Assembly: GCA_963666975.2 (NCBI GenBank)
Contig: CAXVYR010000003.1
Coordinates: forward strand, 1,152,001-1,216,000
Source of the DNA: Terriglobia bacterium
GTDB taxonomy: Bacteria > Acidobacteriota > Terriglobia > 2-12-FULL-54-10
DNA: 64,000 nucleotides
Direction: 5' to 3'
Shown: positions 1-10,572 of the stretch, one piece after another
Numbering within the stretch: position 1 is the first letter of the stretch
Layout of the letters: each line of letters opens with the position of its first letter
Notes under the pieces: model-generated
The model's input: only the letters and a program-made list of their open reading frames with translations
What the model was told of the DNA's origin: nothing
Database searches by the model: none
Translations under genes and position numbers: made by a program

Positions 1-93
1 GACCTCTCCGAAAGCTGGATTAGCTTAGTGCGCCCTCCCCACAAAGAATTCTTTGAAGTGCTCCGCAGCAAATTAAAATGGGGAGAGCGGTAA
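1..93 (+). CDS. NAD kinase, C-terminal end (partial)
   Basis: Frame 1 reads DLSESWISLVRPPHKEFFEVLRSKLKWGER*, matching the typical NAD kinase C-terminus (F..LR.KL.WG). Confidence 0.7.
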   Translation, partial: DLSESWISLVRPPHKEFFEVLRSKLKWGER

Positions 94-257
94 CTAGAGC
101 ACTTTCACAGTTAGTGTATAGTTCCCCGCTCCCCGCTCCCTCACGGGGTCCCCAACGCGCCGCTTTCAGCGCGATGGGGTGTTTTGTCTTACGGTCGCGG
201 CTCGGATGGATTCACCAACAACCCACTCCACGGCAACTCTGAAACTGATTGGTCTAG
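94..257. repeat. REP/MITE-like intergenic element
   Basis: CTAGA...TCTAG ends; contains the REP-like motif CCGCTCCCTCACGG...ACGGTCGCGGCTCG split by a hairpin (CCCCAACGCGC...GCGCGATGGGG). Confidence 0.4.
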
Positions 258-409
258 GGGTACTGTCAAGTTAACGGTTTGAGCCTTTTGTGAGCGCTTC
301 ATAGCAGTCTATAAGTTGTTGATTCTTAGTTCCAGAGCAGACCGTTTTCGCCTCGACAACGGGGGGATTTCCCTTAACTTGACAATACCGTAAATATGGT
401 AATAATCCT

Positions 410-1378
410 ATGGCAATGAAATTCACACGGAGAGAGTTTTTACATACAGCAGCTGGTCTTGGCATCGCCAGCCTGCTACCCGGTTGTGGTGGTAATCAAT
501 CAGAGCAAACTGGCGAAACTGTTCAAACCAGTCAAGCATCCTCTTCCACCGCAATTCCGAGCAGATTAATCCCAGGCACCAACGAATCACTTCCTGTTGT
601 TGGACTTGGGTCAACCAAGGCCGTTCTCCAGATTCCCGATAAAGGGCCGGAGGAACTGAGCGCCATCATTCAAACCCTGGTCGACAACGGGGGGAAAGTG
701 ATTGACACCTCATTCCGGGTGGAAGGAATCGACCGTCCCTTTGGACAAATCCTGCAAGACGAAAAATGGAGCGATAAATTATTTGTCTCCCAAAAAATCA
801 ATACCCTCGGGAAACAGGCAGGTATCGAGCAAATGCAACAGACAGAGCGTCTGTTCAACCGCAGGCCAGCCGATCTGATCCAGGTCGAAAGTCTGAGGGA
901 TGCCGATAACCATCTAGACAGTCTGCGCGAATGGAAGGCCAATGGTAGAACGCGTTATATCGGTATCACAGCATCAGGCAGTAGGGATTTCGGGCGTATC
1001 GAGGCATATGTGAAGAATGTGCCTTTGGATTTTATTCAGGTAAATTATTCACTTCCAGAATTTGAGGCCGAGCAACGGGTATTACCTGCTGCAAAGGATT
1101 TGGGTATCGCCGTTCTGATTAGGAGTCCATTCATGAACGGCGAGTGGTTCACGATTACCCGCGGCAAGGCATTGCCTGGCTGGGCGGCTGAAATTGAATG
1201 TACCAGTTGGGCACAAATCGGCCTTAAGTATATCCTCGCAAATCAGGCGGTCACATGTGTACTAACAGAGACAACCAGTTCTGACCATCTGATTGAAAAT
1301 ATGCATTCCTCCCTTGGGAAAATGCCGGATGCTGAATTATTACGCAGGATGAAATCAGACGTATTGTCTATGATTTAG
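410..1378 (+). CDS. Aldo/keto reductase with Tat signal (possible lipoprotein)
   Basis: TRREFL twin-arginine motif, LPGC lipobox-like, LPVVGLGS, IDTS, DFIQVNYS. Confidence 0.85.
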   Translation: MAMKFTRREFLHTAAGLGIASLLPGCGGNQSEQTGETVQTSQASSSTAIPSRLIPGTNESLPVVGLGSTKAVLQIPDKGPEELSAIIQTLVDNGGKVIDTSFRVEGIDRPFGQILQDEKWSDKLFVSQKINTLGKQAGIEQMQQTERLFNRRPADLIQVESLRDADNHLDSLREWKANGRTRYIGITASGSRDFGRIEAYVKNVPLDFIQVNYSLPEFEAEQRVLPAAKDLGIAVLIRSPFMNGEWFTITRGKALPGWAAEIECTSWAQIGLKYILANQAVTCVLTETTSSDHLIENMHSSLGKMPDAELLRRMKSDVLSMI

Positions 1379-1742
1379 AAATAGAGGAGCAATACCCGGT
1401 TTGATTTATTTAGCATCAACTATAATATTCAATTTAAGCCACAGAGATCACAGAGAAAGTAACTATCTCCCGTAATAGCAGATTGCGGAAGCACTGGCAT
1501 GGTCTTTCCTCGCAGCCTATTCCTATTCGAATCCACCACCGGCAACATTCCGGCTGCAAGCATCTCTTGACTCTCTCGTAAAAGCGAGAATACATTGGGT
1601 CCGAAAAAACAATTTCCTATCGATCTGAATTCGGAGGTCCCGTGAGGTTCGTCCGAGGCGATTGCGGTTCGTCGATCCTGTCCGAGCCGGGCGCCGAGCT
1701 AGCAGGTTGCCGCTCTGAACGGCACGACACTAGGGCGGCTCG

Positions 1743-3179
1743 ATGAGTGGAGCCATTGGAAGACTGTTCCGGCGCGTGGTGTACCTCCGCGAGGGCGAGA
1801 CAGCGGCGCTGCTCTGGTCGTGCCTTTTCTTCTTCTTCATCCTCTCGGGCTACTACGTCATCCGCCCCATCCGGGACGAGATGGGCGTGGCCGGCGGTGT
1901 CCAAAACCTGGCATACCTCTTCACCGGGACGCTGATCGGAGTGCTACTTGTCCATCCCTTATACACGGCGCTCGTCGCCCATCTGCCGCGGCGCCGGTTC
2001 GTCCCGTACATCTACCGGTTCTTCATACTGAGCCTGATCATCTTCTTCCTCCTGTTCCGGGCCGCGGAAGCGACCCAGAGCGTGTGGATCGGCCGGGTCT
2101 TTTATATCTGGGTCAGCGTGCTCAACCTGTTCATTGTGTCCGTCTTTTGGTCGTTCATGACAGACATCTACAGGATATCGCAGAGCAAGCGGCTCTTCGG
2201 CATGGTCGCGGTGGGGGGCACCTTGGGTGCGACGCTCGGCTCGACCATCACTACCTTGCTGGTGGGGCTCCTGGGGCCGATCAACCTCCTGCTCGTCTCC
2301 GCCATCTTCATGGAACTGGCTGCCCGGACGTCGCGGGCCCTTGAGAAGCAGGAGGCACGGCTGGCGCTGGCAGCACTGGAGGACGAGAAGGAAGAGCGGA
2401 GGGAACCCTCGGCTGCCGGAACCGGCGGGCCGGAGGTGGTTGGCAAGGCGGGACTCAACCCCGATGCAGTCGCAGACGAGGCTGGCGAGCGGAGCGACGC
2501 AGTCATCGGCGGGGGCCTGTTCGAGGGTGTCCAGCGAGTCTTCCGCTCACCCTACCTGTTGGGCATCGCGGCCCTGGTGGCGCTTTTCGCCATCTCATCC
2601 ACCTTCCTCTACTTCCAGGTGGTCGCCATCGTCGCGCGGGTCTTTGAGGACGATCCCGTCGGGCGGACGCGGCTGTTCGCCAGCAGGGACCTTGCCGTGA
2701 ACATCCTGACGCTCGGGACGCAGATCTTCCTCACCGGTCGAGTACTGCGCTGGCTGGGTGTCGGCTTTGCCTTGGCCTTTCTGCCCGCCGTGAGCTTGTT
2801 CGGGTTCGGGATCCTTGCTGCGGCGCCCGTCCTCGCCGTTGCGATCGTCTTCGAGGTGCTCCGCCGGTCCGGGAACTTCGCCATCCAGCGCCCGGCCCGA
2901 GAGGTCCTCTACACGGTCCTGCCCAGGACCGACAAGTACAAGGGGAAGAACTTCAACGACACCTTCGTCTACCGGGTCGGGGACCAGGTGGGTGCCTGGT
3001 CGTACACCGCAATGGGATGGGTCGGGATGGGGCTCTCCGGCTTGGCTTTTGCCATGGTCCCTGTTTCGGCGGTCTGGTTTGTCCTGGCCATTTGGATCGG
3101 GAAGAAACACCGGGCAATCCACCGGAGCCAACCGGGGGCCGTGCCCGCCGACACCGTCCTGGAGACCGGGAGGGTCTAG
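1743..3179 (+). CDS. NTT/AAA-family (ATP:ADP antiporter-like) MFS transporter
   Basis: About 12 hydrophobic segments; motifs YYVIRPIRD, SVFWSFM, RPAREVLYT, KYKGKNFNDTFVYRVGD. Confidence 0.85.
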   Translation: MSGAIGRLFRRVVYLREGETAALLWSCLFFFFILSGYYVIRPIRDEMGVAGGVQNLAYLFTGTLIGVLLVHPLYTALVAHLPRRRFVPYIYRFFILSLIIFFLLFRAAEATQSVWIGRVFYIWVSVLNLFIVSVFWSFMTDIYRISQSKRLFGMVAVGGTLGATLGSTITTLLVGLLGPINLLLVSAIFMELAARTSRALEKQEARLALAALEDEKEERREPSAAGTGGPEVVGKAGLNPDAVADEAGERSDAVIGGGLFEGVQRVFRSPYLLGIAALVALFAISSTFLYFQVVAIVARVFEDDPVGRTRLFASRDLAVNILTLGTQIFLTGRVLRWLGVGFALAFLPAVSLFGFGILAAAPVLAVAIVFEVLRRSGNFAIQRPAREVLYTVLPRTDKYKGKNFNDTFVYRVGDQVGAWSYTAMGWVGMGLSGLAFAMVPVSAVWFVLAIWIGKKHRAIHRSQPGAVPADTVLETGRV

Positions 3180-3413
3180 CCTGGCAAAACCGCATGGCAC
3201 TCAGCATAACCGCCAAAATGAGCCACGCTGCCCAAAGAGGCCACGGCGATGGTAACTTGACCCGATAGGGCGGCTGGCGTATGCTTCTCGGCAAGCAGAG
3301 TCTCAGTCGGAAACTCCGGAGGATATAGGTGCCTCGGTGGTTTCAACTCGTCCGGTCATTCCAGGAAACCGCCAGACTTACTCAATAACCGAGGCCAAGC
3401 GAGGGAGGACAAT

Positions 3414-4337
3414 ATGGAATTGACTCGCCGCGATATGCTCAGGCTTGGTTTGGGAACAGCTGCGGTGTCCACGCTCTGGCCACTTCCTGAACTGTTCTCG
3501 CAGAACCCCGTGAATAGGAAGGCCATCCCGTCGAGCGGCGAGCGCCTCCCAATTGTCGGGATCGGAACGAGAGACTACGAATCGGAAACACCGGAGGTTC
3601 GGGCGGAGCTCAAGGAGGTCCTTCGTCGATTCCCTGAGCTGGGCGGCGAGGTGATCGATACGGCGACTGGATACCGGCGCGGGGCCTCTGAGACGGTGAT
3701 CGGCGAGCTAGTGTCCGAGCTGGGCAATCGCGATCAATTATTTCTCGCCACCAAGGTGAACGCGAGGGATAAGGCCGCTGGTGTCGCCCAGATCGAGCAG
3801 TCCTTTCAGCGGCTTCGCACGGACCGCATCGATCTGATTGCCGTGCACAATCTCCGCGACACTGCGACGCAGCTTGAAACGTTGCGCGAGATGAATCAGG
3901 CTGGCCGGATCCGCTACGTGGGCATCACGACATCGTTTGACCGTCAGTACGAAGAGTTCGAAGCAACCATGAAGGCCCAGACGCTGGATTTCGTGCAGGT
4001 CGACTACGCGCTCGACAATCGCGGGGCTGGAGACCGCATCCTACCGCTTGCGGCGGACCGCGGCATGGCCGTCATGGTGAATCTGCCCTTCGGCCGCGGC
4101 CGCCTTTTTGCAGCGGTGCGGAACAAGCCGTTGCCGGACTGGGCTAGGGAGATCGATTGCACCTCCTGGGCGCAGATTTTCTTGAAGTACATTGTTTCTC
4201 ATCGAGCCGTGACTTGCGCCATCCCTGGCACGCGCCGCGTGAGACACCTGGTCGATAACATGCAAGCCGCACAAGGACGACTGCCGGACGCCTCCATGCG
4301 CCAGCGCATGGAGCGCTTCTTCGATTCGCTGACCTAA
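3414..4337 (+). CDS. Aldo/keto reductase with Tat signal
   Basis: TRRDML, LPIVGIGT, IDTATGY, LFLATKV, AIPGT; GGAGG ribosome-binding site. Confidence 0.9.
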   Translation: MELTRRDMLRLGLGTAAVSTLWPLPELFSQNPVNRKAIPSSGERLPIVGIGTRDYESETPEVRAELKEVLRRFPELGGEVIDTATGYRRGASETVIGELVSELGNRDQLFLATKVNARDKAAGVAQIEQSFQRLRTDRIDLIAVHNLRDTATQLETLREMNQAGRIRYVGITTSFDRQYEEFEATMKAQTLDFVQVDYALDNRGAGDRILPLAADRGMAVMVNLPFGRGRLFAAVRNKPLPDWAREIDCTSWAQIFLKYIVSHRAVTCAIPGTRRVRHLVDNMQAAQGRLPDASMRQRMERFFDSLT

Positions 4338-4359
4338 TCCCGCCCACGCGGACACGAGC

Positions 4360-4519
4360 GACTCCCCCACCGGCACCGCGACCTCAGCCTGCTTCAGTAC
4401 TCCCACGATCTGCTCCACAGAAAACCGCTTCCGTTTCACGGCTTGTCCCCCTTCTTGAAGTCCTCGATTCTGCCGCAAAACTTACTTTCAACTTGGTTCA
4501 AAAAACCAGGGGCCCATCA
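4360..4519 (-). mobile_element. IS3-family (IS407-like) left-end remnant
   Basis: TG-starting IR (TGATGGGCCCC) followed by OrfA N-terminus VKRKRFSVEQIVGVLKQAEVAVPV; truncated. Confidence 0.75.
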
Positions 4520-4702
4520 CGCGGACTAATTCGTGAAAATGGATTGAAGAGCTGAAGCGGCGGGTGCCGACGGGAAAGTAATCCGAACCGCAACCTCTGA
4601 AATTAGCTTACGCAACAGCTTAGCGAACATATACCCCAGAAAAGCAGCCAACGCTTGGGAGGCGGTTCTCCGGAATGTGAAACCCGAGTGGACGTGTCCT
4701 CG

Positions 4703-4755
4703 ACGATTACTCCTGAGTAACGGCGTAGTATTGACCGATCTTTTGCCACTTAGCC
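4703..4755 (-). repeat. Recombination-site-like repeat, copy 1
   Basis: 4703-4730 is the exact reverse complement of 24401-24428 (28 bp). Confidence 0.8.
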
Positions 4756-4965
4756 GTGTAGTCTCCATATCGGAAACTGACCCACTACCCAAAATCCCCT
4801 TTCATAGACTTCCACCACGTATAACCCATGGAAATGAGGGGGTGACAAATTGTGTCACTTTTACCACAGTTGGGGTATAATGGCCGGTGCGAGCAAGAAA
4901 TCGCTTAGCTAGAGGATATAGAGGCTAGGCTCCTCCTATGAAACGCCTTCCACGAGATTGGGTAT

Positions 4966-5493
4966 GTGCCCAGGGGGGTTTATGAGCGTTCAGAGGCAGC
5001 TAAAAAATGGAAATTGGGTGTAAACCACTCAAATCAAACAGACGAGATTATGGGAGGGATTCCAATGAGGAAGGTAAAGTCGCCGGAGGTGGTGAAAGCC
5101 CAGCAGGCGGGATTGATTAAAGCGGTTGCAGCCGGGAACACATACCAGACTTCTTGCCGTGTAATGAAAATCTCGCATACTACCTTCCAGCGATGGCGGG
5201 AGATGGATCCTACATTCCAGGCAGCGGTGGAAGAGGCCGAGGCTGTGGCGATTATGCGAAACGTCGCAGTGATTCAGGAAGCCGCCAAGAAACACTGGCA
5301 GGCAGCGGCGTGGTTTTTAGAGAGGAAGTATCCCCAAGATTGGGCTTTGCGGCAGGTTGTGACTATGGAAGACAGCCTGATTTCCGAAATGGAGAAGAGA
5401 CTGCATGCGGGGCGTGCAAGAGCAGCAATTGCCGGAGGAAGTGAAGAAGTGGAACCTGAAACTGTCATCGGAAATAGCAAACTTGTACAGTGA
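4966..5493 (+). CDS. Phage terminase small-subunit-like HTH protein
   Basis: HTH-like segment (ISHTTFQRWREMDPTF) and the WQAAAWFLER motif seen in phage TerS-like proteins. Confidence 0.55.
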   Translation: MPRGVYERSEAAKKWKLGVNHSNQTDEIMGGIPMRKVKSPEVVKAQQAGLIKAVAAGNTYQTSCRVMKISHTTFQRWREMDPTFQAAVEEAEAVAIMRNVAVIQEAAKKHWQAAAWFLERKYPQDWALRQVVTMEDSLISEMEKRLHAGRARAAIAGGSEEVEPETVIGNSKLVQ

Positions 5494-5551
5494 TCCCCAC
5501 ATCCGCCAAAAACCCCTCTGAATCCACTTCCCCAACTGCCTGATTCTTCGC

Positions 5552-5947
5552 GCTCTCAACCAGCCAAACTTAGCACGCCAAAAACAACTGTTTTTGACGG
5601 CTATCTCCCTGACCTCACACTTTTTGTATGTTGTTGAGATTGTGGGAGATTAGTTGAAGGGGATCGAATGAAATCGCCGGCCACTTCCTAGTTGGAACTG
5701 GGTTCCAAGGGAGCCGAAGGGTATCGGGGGGATGGCGACGTCTGGCAATGGATGAGTTGATTGATCGGGCCGAGCAATTGAAGAGTACCGGGAAGGCGAG
5801 CGGAGAGGTGCGCTGGCATGAAGACCGAAACTGGCCTCGGCCCTGAGCTCGGCTCTCAACCAGCCAAACTTAGCACGCCAAAAACAACTGTTTTTGACGG
5901 CTATCTCCCTGACCTCACACTTTTTGTATGTTGTTGAGATTGTGGGA
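5552..5947. repeat. 96-bp direct repeat with 300-bp period enclosing IS256 fragments
   Basis: 5552-5647 is identical to 5852-5947. Confidence 0.9.
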
Positions 5948-6315
5948 TGAAACCACTTCTAGTTGGGTATCTGGATCAATTGAAACGTCTCGCCGGCGAG
6001 ACGTTCTTTCCTGGTCCCACCACCGAGTAGATTCGCACCTGGAACGGCAGGGAAAGGGCTTCCTACAGGAATCTAGAAGTTGGCGGGGGTTTTCGCCTCA
6101 ATGGGACCCAATGGGGTTGTTTCTGGAGCGGTTTTTGGAAAAAAGGGGGGTAACTAGATAGTTACCTGGGCGGTGGATGCGGGTGAAGACCGGATTGGCC
6201 TGCCGAAGTGGGATGTCGGCTGAGCTGGATCGAGAGGACCATCCCATACATGTTACGCTACAGCTAAATCAAGCAAGCGTTCCTGTTCTTCTGGGACAAG
6301 TCCTGCTACTTCCCT

Positions 6316-6615
6316 ATGATGGGACCAGGAAAGAACCTCGCGCCGGCGCGAGGTTTCAATCTGCCCTGCAACCCAGCCGTGCCGGATTTCTTGATTCGGC
6401 TGCAATCTGAGGGGAAGGAAGTCAGCACCCTAATCCTGGAGACGAAAGGCTACGATCCCCTGGAGGAAGTCAAATCGGCAGCAGCCCAAAGATGGGTCCA
6501 TTCGGTCAATGCCGATTGGCAGTACGGGCAGTGGGCCTATCGAATTGTCCACAAAGTCACCGATATTGACCAGATTGTGAAAGAAGAGGCCAAAAGGGTT
6601 CAACCCTCTGCATAG
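6316..6615 (+). pseudogene. Type III restriction endonuclease (Res) C-terminal fragment
   Basis: PDFLIRL...LILETKG...AAAQRWVHSVN...YGQWAY, the PD-(D/E)xK tail of Res-type enzymes; no N-terminal helicase present. Confidence 0.65.
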
Positions 6616-7172
6616 AGGGCTTGCTATTGGTTGAAAGTGCCCCGGTCGGGTGCCCCCATAGCGCCCTACCGCTGAATAGCGATTTTCCTGGTTAGCCCAT
6701 TGCCTGTTCCAGTTTCCACGGGTACTCAAGCGGCCAATTTCGCCGCCAGGCGGGTAGACTGACGAACCCCATAGGGGGGGTAGGGGGGCGCGGCTCGAAC
6801 AAGGCTACCGGGGGGGCCTTCCAGGGAGGTTTTACCCAACAAAAACCGGAAAGACACACACACAGAAATACCCCTAAATAGCCATCGAAACCATGAGTAT
6901 AGGGAAGGGCGTTTCGATTGAAAATAGCCGGAGAGACTGGCTTCAAACGGGTATTTTAGGCGGAGATGGAGCCGCTTGGAGCCTAATTGTAGCCCGGTCC
7001 CGCCATCTGTCGGAGTTGGTGGGAAAACCTTCGGGAATGAAACGCGGGCAAGAATAGGAAAGGCTACCCCCCACTAAACCCTTCGAGCTAGGCGGCTATC
7101 TGATTAGCCAATTCCAGTGGTTCTGTTGCAGATTCTGAGGCGGGTTGCTGCATGATATTGGCCTGTGCTCCT

Positions 7173-8066
7173 TCACTGCGCCGGGCTAGACTTCCACTCC
7201 CGTGCCAGCCGTTGCGCTTCTGCAATCTGTTCTGGCGTCATCTTGGCGGCAATCCCGTCCCGCAACTTGACACTAAGCTCGCGTTTTTCTCCCGTAAAAT
7301 TGGCGGCGGCCAGATTTGCGAACATGTGAGCCTGGATGTAGTCCTGCGCAACGCCTTGGCCGCGCCAGTACGATATTCCCAAGCTGTTCTGTGCCTTGGT
7401 CTCTCCCTGCTCGGCAGTCTTACGATACCACTCCGCCGCCTCTGCATAGTCCTGCGGAACGCCGTAGCCAAAGGAGTACGCATCCCCCAAGAAGAACTGT
7501 GAGTTGGCATTCCCCTGCTCGGCAGCCTTACGATACCACTCCGCCGCTTCCGCATCATCCTGAGTAACACCGTCGCCAAGGGAGTACCCTAACGCCAATC
7601 TGTACTGTGCGTTGGCATTCTCCTGTTCAGTAGCTTTCCGGAACCACTTCACCGCTTCCGCATCATCCTGAGTAACACCGTCGCCCCTGCTGTACATTAG
7701 CCCCAAGAAAAGCTGCTCGACGGCATGTCCCTGCTCGGCACGCTTGCGAAACCCCTTCACCAATTCCGCATAATCCTGTGGGATACTTTGATCTTTGATG
7801 TATATATACTTCAACCCGATCTGTCCCTCTGCATGCCCCTGCTTGGCAGCTTTCTGAAACCACTTCACCGCTTCCGTATAATCCCGTGGGACACCTCGGC
7901 CATCAGAGTACATTTTCCCCAGGTTGAACTGGGCAGAAGCATCCCCTTGCTCGGCGGCTTTACGAACATCCGATACCTTTTCTGACTCGCTCTGTGGACT
8001 ACATTGCGCCAGAACTGTCGCTGCTAGAAGGACCACACCCAGGAATACTCGTGGGAAGAGCGTCAT
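7173..8066 (-). CDS. Secreted Sel1-repeat protein
   Basis: Signal peptide, about six Sel1 repeats (AQ..LG.MY..G.GV.QD..EA.KW.RKAAEQG), C-terminus MTPEQIAEAQRLAREW. Confidence 0.95.
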   Translation of the reverse strand: MTLFPRVFLGVVLLAATVLAQCSPQSESEKVSDVRKAAEQGDASAQFNLGKMYSDGRGVPRDYTEAVKWFQKAAKQGHAEGQIGLKYIYIKDQSIPQDYAELVKGFRKRAEQGHAVEQLFLGLMYSRGDGVTQDDAEAVKWFRKATEQENANAQYRLALGYSLGDGVTQDDAEAAEWYRKAAEQGNANSQFFLGDAYSFGYGVPQDYAEAAEWYRKTAEQGETKAQNSLGISYWRGQGVAQDYIQAHMFANLAAANFTGEKRELSVKLRDGIAAKMTPEQIAEAQRLAREWKSSPAQ

Positions 8067-9101
8067 TTATCCCTCGCTCAATCTGATTGCGCTAAGTTTA
8101 CCACGGGTATGGTTTTAGAGTGTGGGATTCTAATGGGGACCCCATGCGCTCCTGCTGCCACACTCTATTATGTGACCTGCCTACAGCCGCGCCCGGCCCG
8201 CTGGCCGTTCCTGCTCATTACAATCAGAACTTCCCAGCCCTTCTCTCGGTCCGCAACTTGATTTCCACACAGAAAAACGGTTGGGAAACAGGTGATTCCC
8301 GACAGTCCTTTTGTTACCGTGGGTTCTCTTGGGCGTTCTTTTCTCGCATAGCCTCGGCGCGGGCTTCCCTCTATTATAAGCCTCGGCGCGGGCTTCCCTC
8401 TATTTGAAACTGGCCGAACGCATAAACTCCCCCAACCCATGGAGGACTCGAATAGTAAGTCTAGCGGTTCTCTTTCGGATTCAGAGGGCGGGACGCTGCA
8501 TGATATTGACCTATGCGCCGTCACTTGGCCGGGCTAGGCTTCCACTCCCGTGCCAGCCGTTGCGCTTCGGCAATCTGTTCCGGTGTCATCTTGGCGGGAG
8601 GGTGTCCCATACATAGTTGAAGGTTGAACGGCGGTTCGGCCCGAATCGAATAGAATCGGGCCAAGCCTAAATCCTATAGAAGGAGAACCGCCGAATGAAG
8701 GGAAAATATCACGTTTTGGAACTGGGTTCCAAGGGAGCCGAAGAAACCATCCAGAAGTTTTGCCAAACCAACGGACAGATGCTGTTGCCGGTGGTGGATC
8801 TGATCACGGAGGCGCGTCTGGCGGTGGATGAGGTGATTGATCGGGCCGGGCGAGGTTTGATTGAAACGATTCTGAGCATGAGCGCAGAGCAAATCGCGGG
8901 GCCAAAGAGTCCCGGGAAGGCGAGCGGAGAGGTGCGCTGGCATGGCCGGCAATTGGGGAGGGTGAAACTGGCCGATCGCCAGCTGCGGGTGGAGCGGCCC
9001 CGGCTGCGCCGGAAGGGCGGAGGGGAAGAAGCGGTGCCGGCCTACGAAGCACTGCGGAAAAGCGAGAAGACGGGCGAGGAGATGTTCGAGGCACTGTTGA
9101 A

Positions 9102-10572
9102 ATCGGAATCATTTTCTTGGGTGCGCCGCAGGCTGGGCTATCCCGACGGAAGCGACAGCCCATCTATTCGCCCCAGCATGCTAGCAAATAAACGTCTCGT
9201 CAGATGGCTCTCTGCCAGCAATAGCCAATAGTAGCGGGCATGCTTAATCAGGCGTCCTCCGGTTTTCACCAGCCGCTGCTGGAGGCTCGTCAAGGACCAG
9301 TTCCCGATTCTCTGTGGCACCACCAGCCGCCGCCAAAGATTTCCCAGACTATAGGCAATGATGGTCAGCCACAGCCGTACCTCGTTGGAGCGGAACCGAT
9401 GGCAACTGAGCCGCGTCATCTTCACTGCCTGCTTGCCCTCCTTGATCCACTGCTCTGCCGTCCCGCGCTTATTATAGAACCGCACCACCGCTCGACTCGG
9501 AAGCGTCAGATTCGTCACAATGAACCCCACTCGCGGGAACAACTCCCCCGGATGATGTTCTACCTTGGCTACCACCCGTCGGGCCGTCTTCCAACTCTCG
9601 GCTTGGTACAGAAACCCCTTGTACTCCACCAACGGCTTCTGGCCCGGCCTTCCTACCGGAAGTTTCAGCAACTCCTCGATGTCCCGCTGGAGGTTCTCGT
9701 TGGAAGGGATGCGGATGGCATACTTCACACCCCGCTCCTCCAACGCTTCGTAAACCTCCGGCTTGGCAAAGGCCGCGTCGGCACGAAACACCACTTCCTT
9801 GCACAGCTTCTGCTGCCGCTCGATCTCCGGCAGGAGAAGTTCTTCCCAGTCATCGGCGCTGTGGACGTTACCGGGTCGCAGCTTGGCCGCCAAACAGTCA
9901 CCCTCGCGATTGAACAGCAACAACGGGTGATAGCAGGTAGACTCGAAGTGCCCATTATAGGCGCTCTGTTCCTGCTCGCCGTAAACCGGGATCTCAGTCG
10001 AATCCATGTCCAGCACGGTTCGGTACGGCGAACCTAGCGGTTCTACTTTGCCGATCAGCTCCCGGTTCACCCGTGCCAGCCCCGCGAAGTTCTCCTCCTC
10101 AGCCAGCAACTCCGTCTCGAAGGTTTGCAACCGGGACGGCAGTGCTGCCCCTCGATCCCAATTCTTCTCGGAACCGATCAGCCGGAAGGTCGGATCTCGT
10201 GAGAGTTGCTCGGCATCGTTCACATCCTCGTATCCAGCCAAGCGACTGTACACCGACTGCCGTAGCAGGTCCGCGAGGGGCAACCGTGTGTTCTTCCCCC
10301 GAGGATCGGCTAGGTGCTGCTTGATGAGTTCACCGAATCCCAATCGTTCGTCCAACTCCCGCACCAGAATCAACCCTCCGTTGGAGGTGACCCGCGATCC
10401 GTGGAAAGCGACCTTCAACGAGGCATTAAAAGTGAGTTGAAATGGCTGATTTTGTCTCTCACCCATTCGGTGTGAACCTCCGGAAGGGAATGTTGCTGCT
10501 CGAACCAGCATCAATATTGACGTTGGAGGTTAGCAGAAGGTTGCTTCTACGATTTCAAACTGGAAATGCGGG
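9102..10572 (-). mobile_element. IS1380-family element
   Basis: TTGAA target duplication at 9097-9101 and 10573-10577. Confidence 0.9.
9138..10514 (-). CDS. IS1380-family transposase
   Basis: TSNGGL, GYEDVND, LDMDST, LRPGN, RADAAF, YNKRGTAEQWIKEGK motifs. Confidence 0.95.
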   Translation of the reverse strand: MMLVRAATFPSGGSHRMGERQNQPFQLTFNASLKVAFHGSRVTSNGGLILVRELDERLGFGELIKQHLADPRGKNTRLPLADLLRQSVYSRLAGYEDVNDAEQLSRDPTFRLIGSEKNWDRGAALPSRLQTFETELLAEEENFAGLARVNRELIGKVEPLGSPYRTVLDMDSTEIPVYGEQEQSAYNGHFESTCYHPLLLFNREGDCLAAKLRPGNVHSADDWEELLLPEIERQQKLCKEVVFRADAAFAKPEVYEALEERGVKYAIRIPSNENLQRDIEELLKLPVGRPGQKPLVEYKGFLYQAESWKTARRVVAKVEHHPGELFPRVGFIVTNLTLPSRAVVRFYNKRGTAEQWIKEGKQAVKMTRLSCHRFRSNEVRLWLTIIAYSLGNLWRRLVVPQRIGNWSLTSLQQRLVKTGGRLIKHARYYWLLLAESHLTRRLFASMLGRIDGLSLPSG

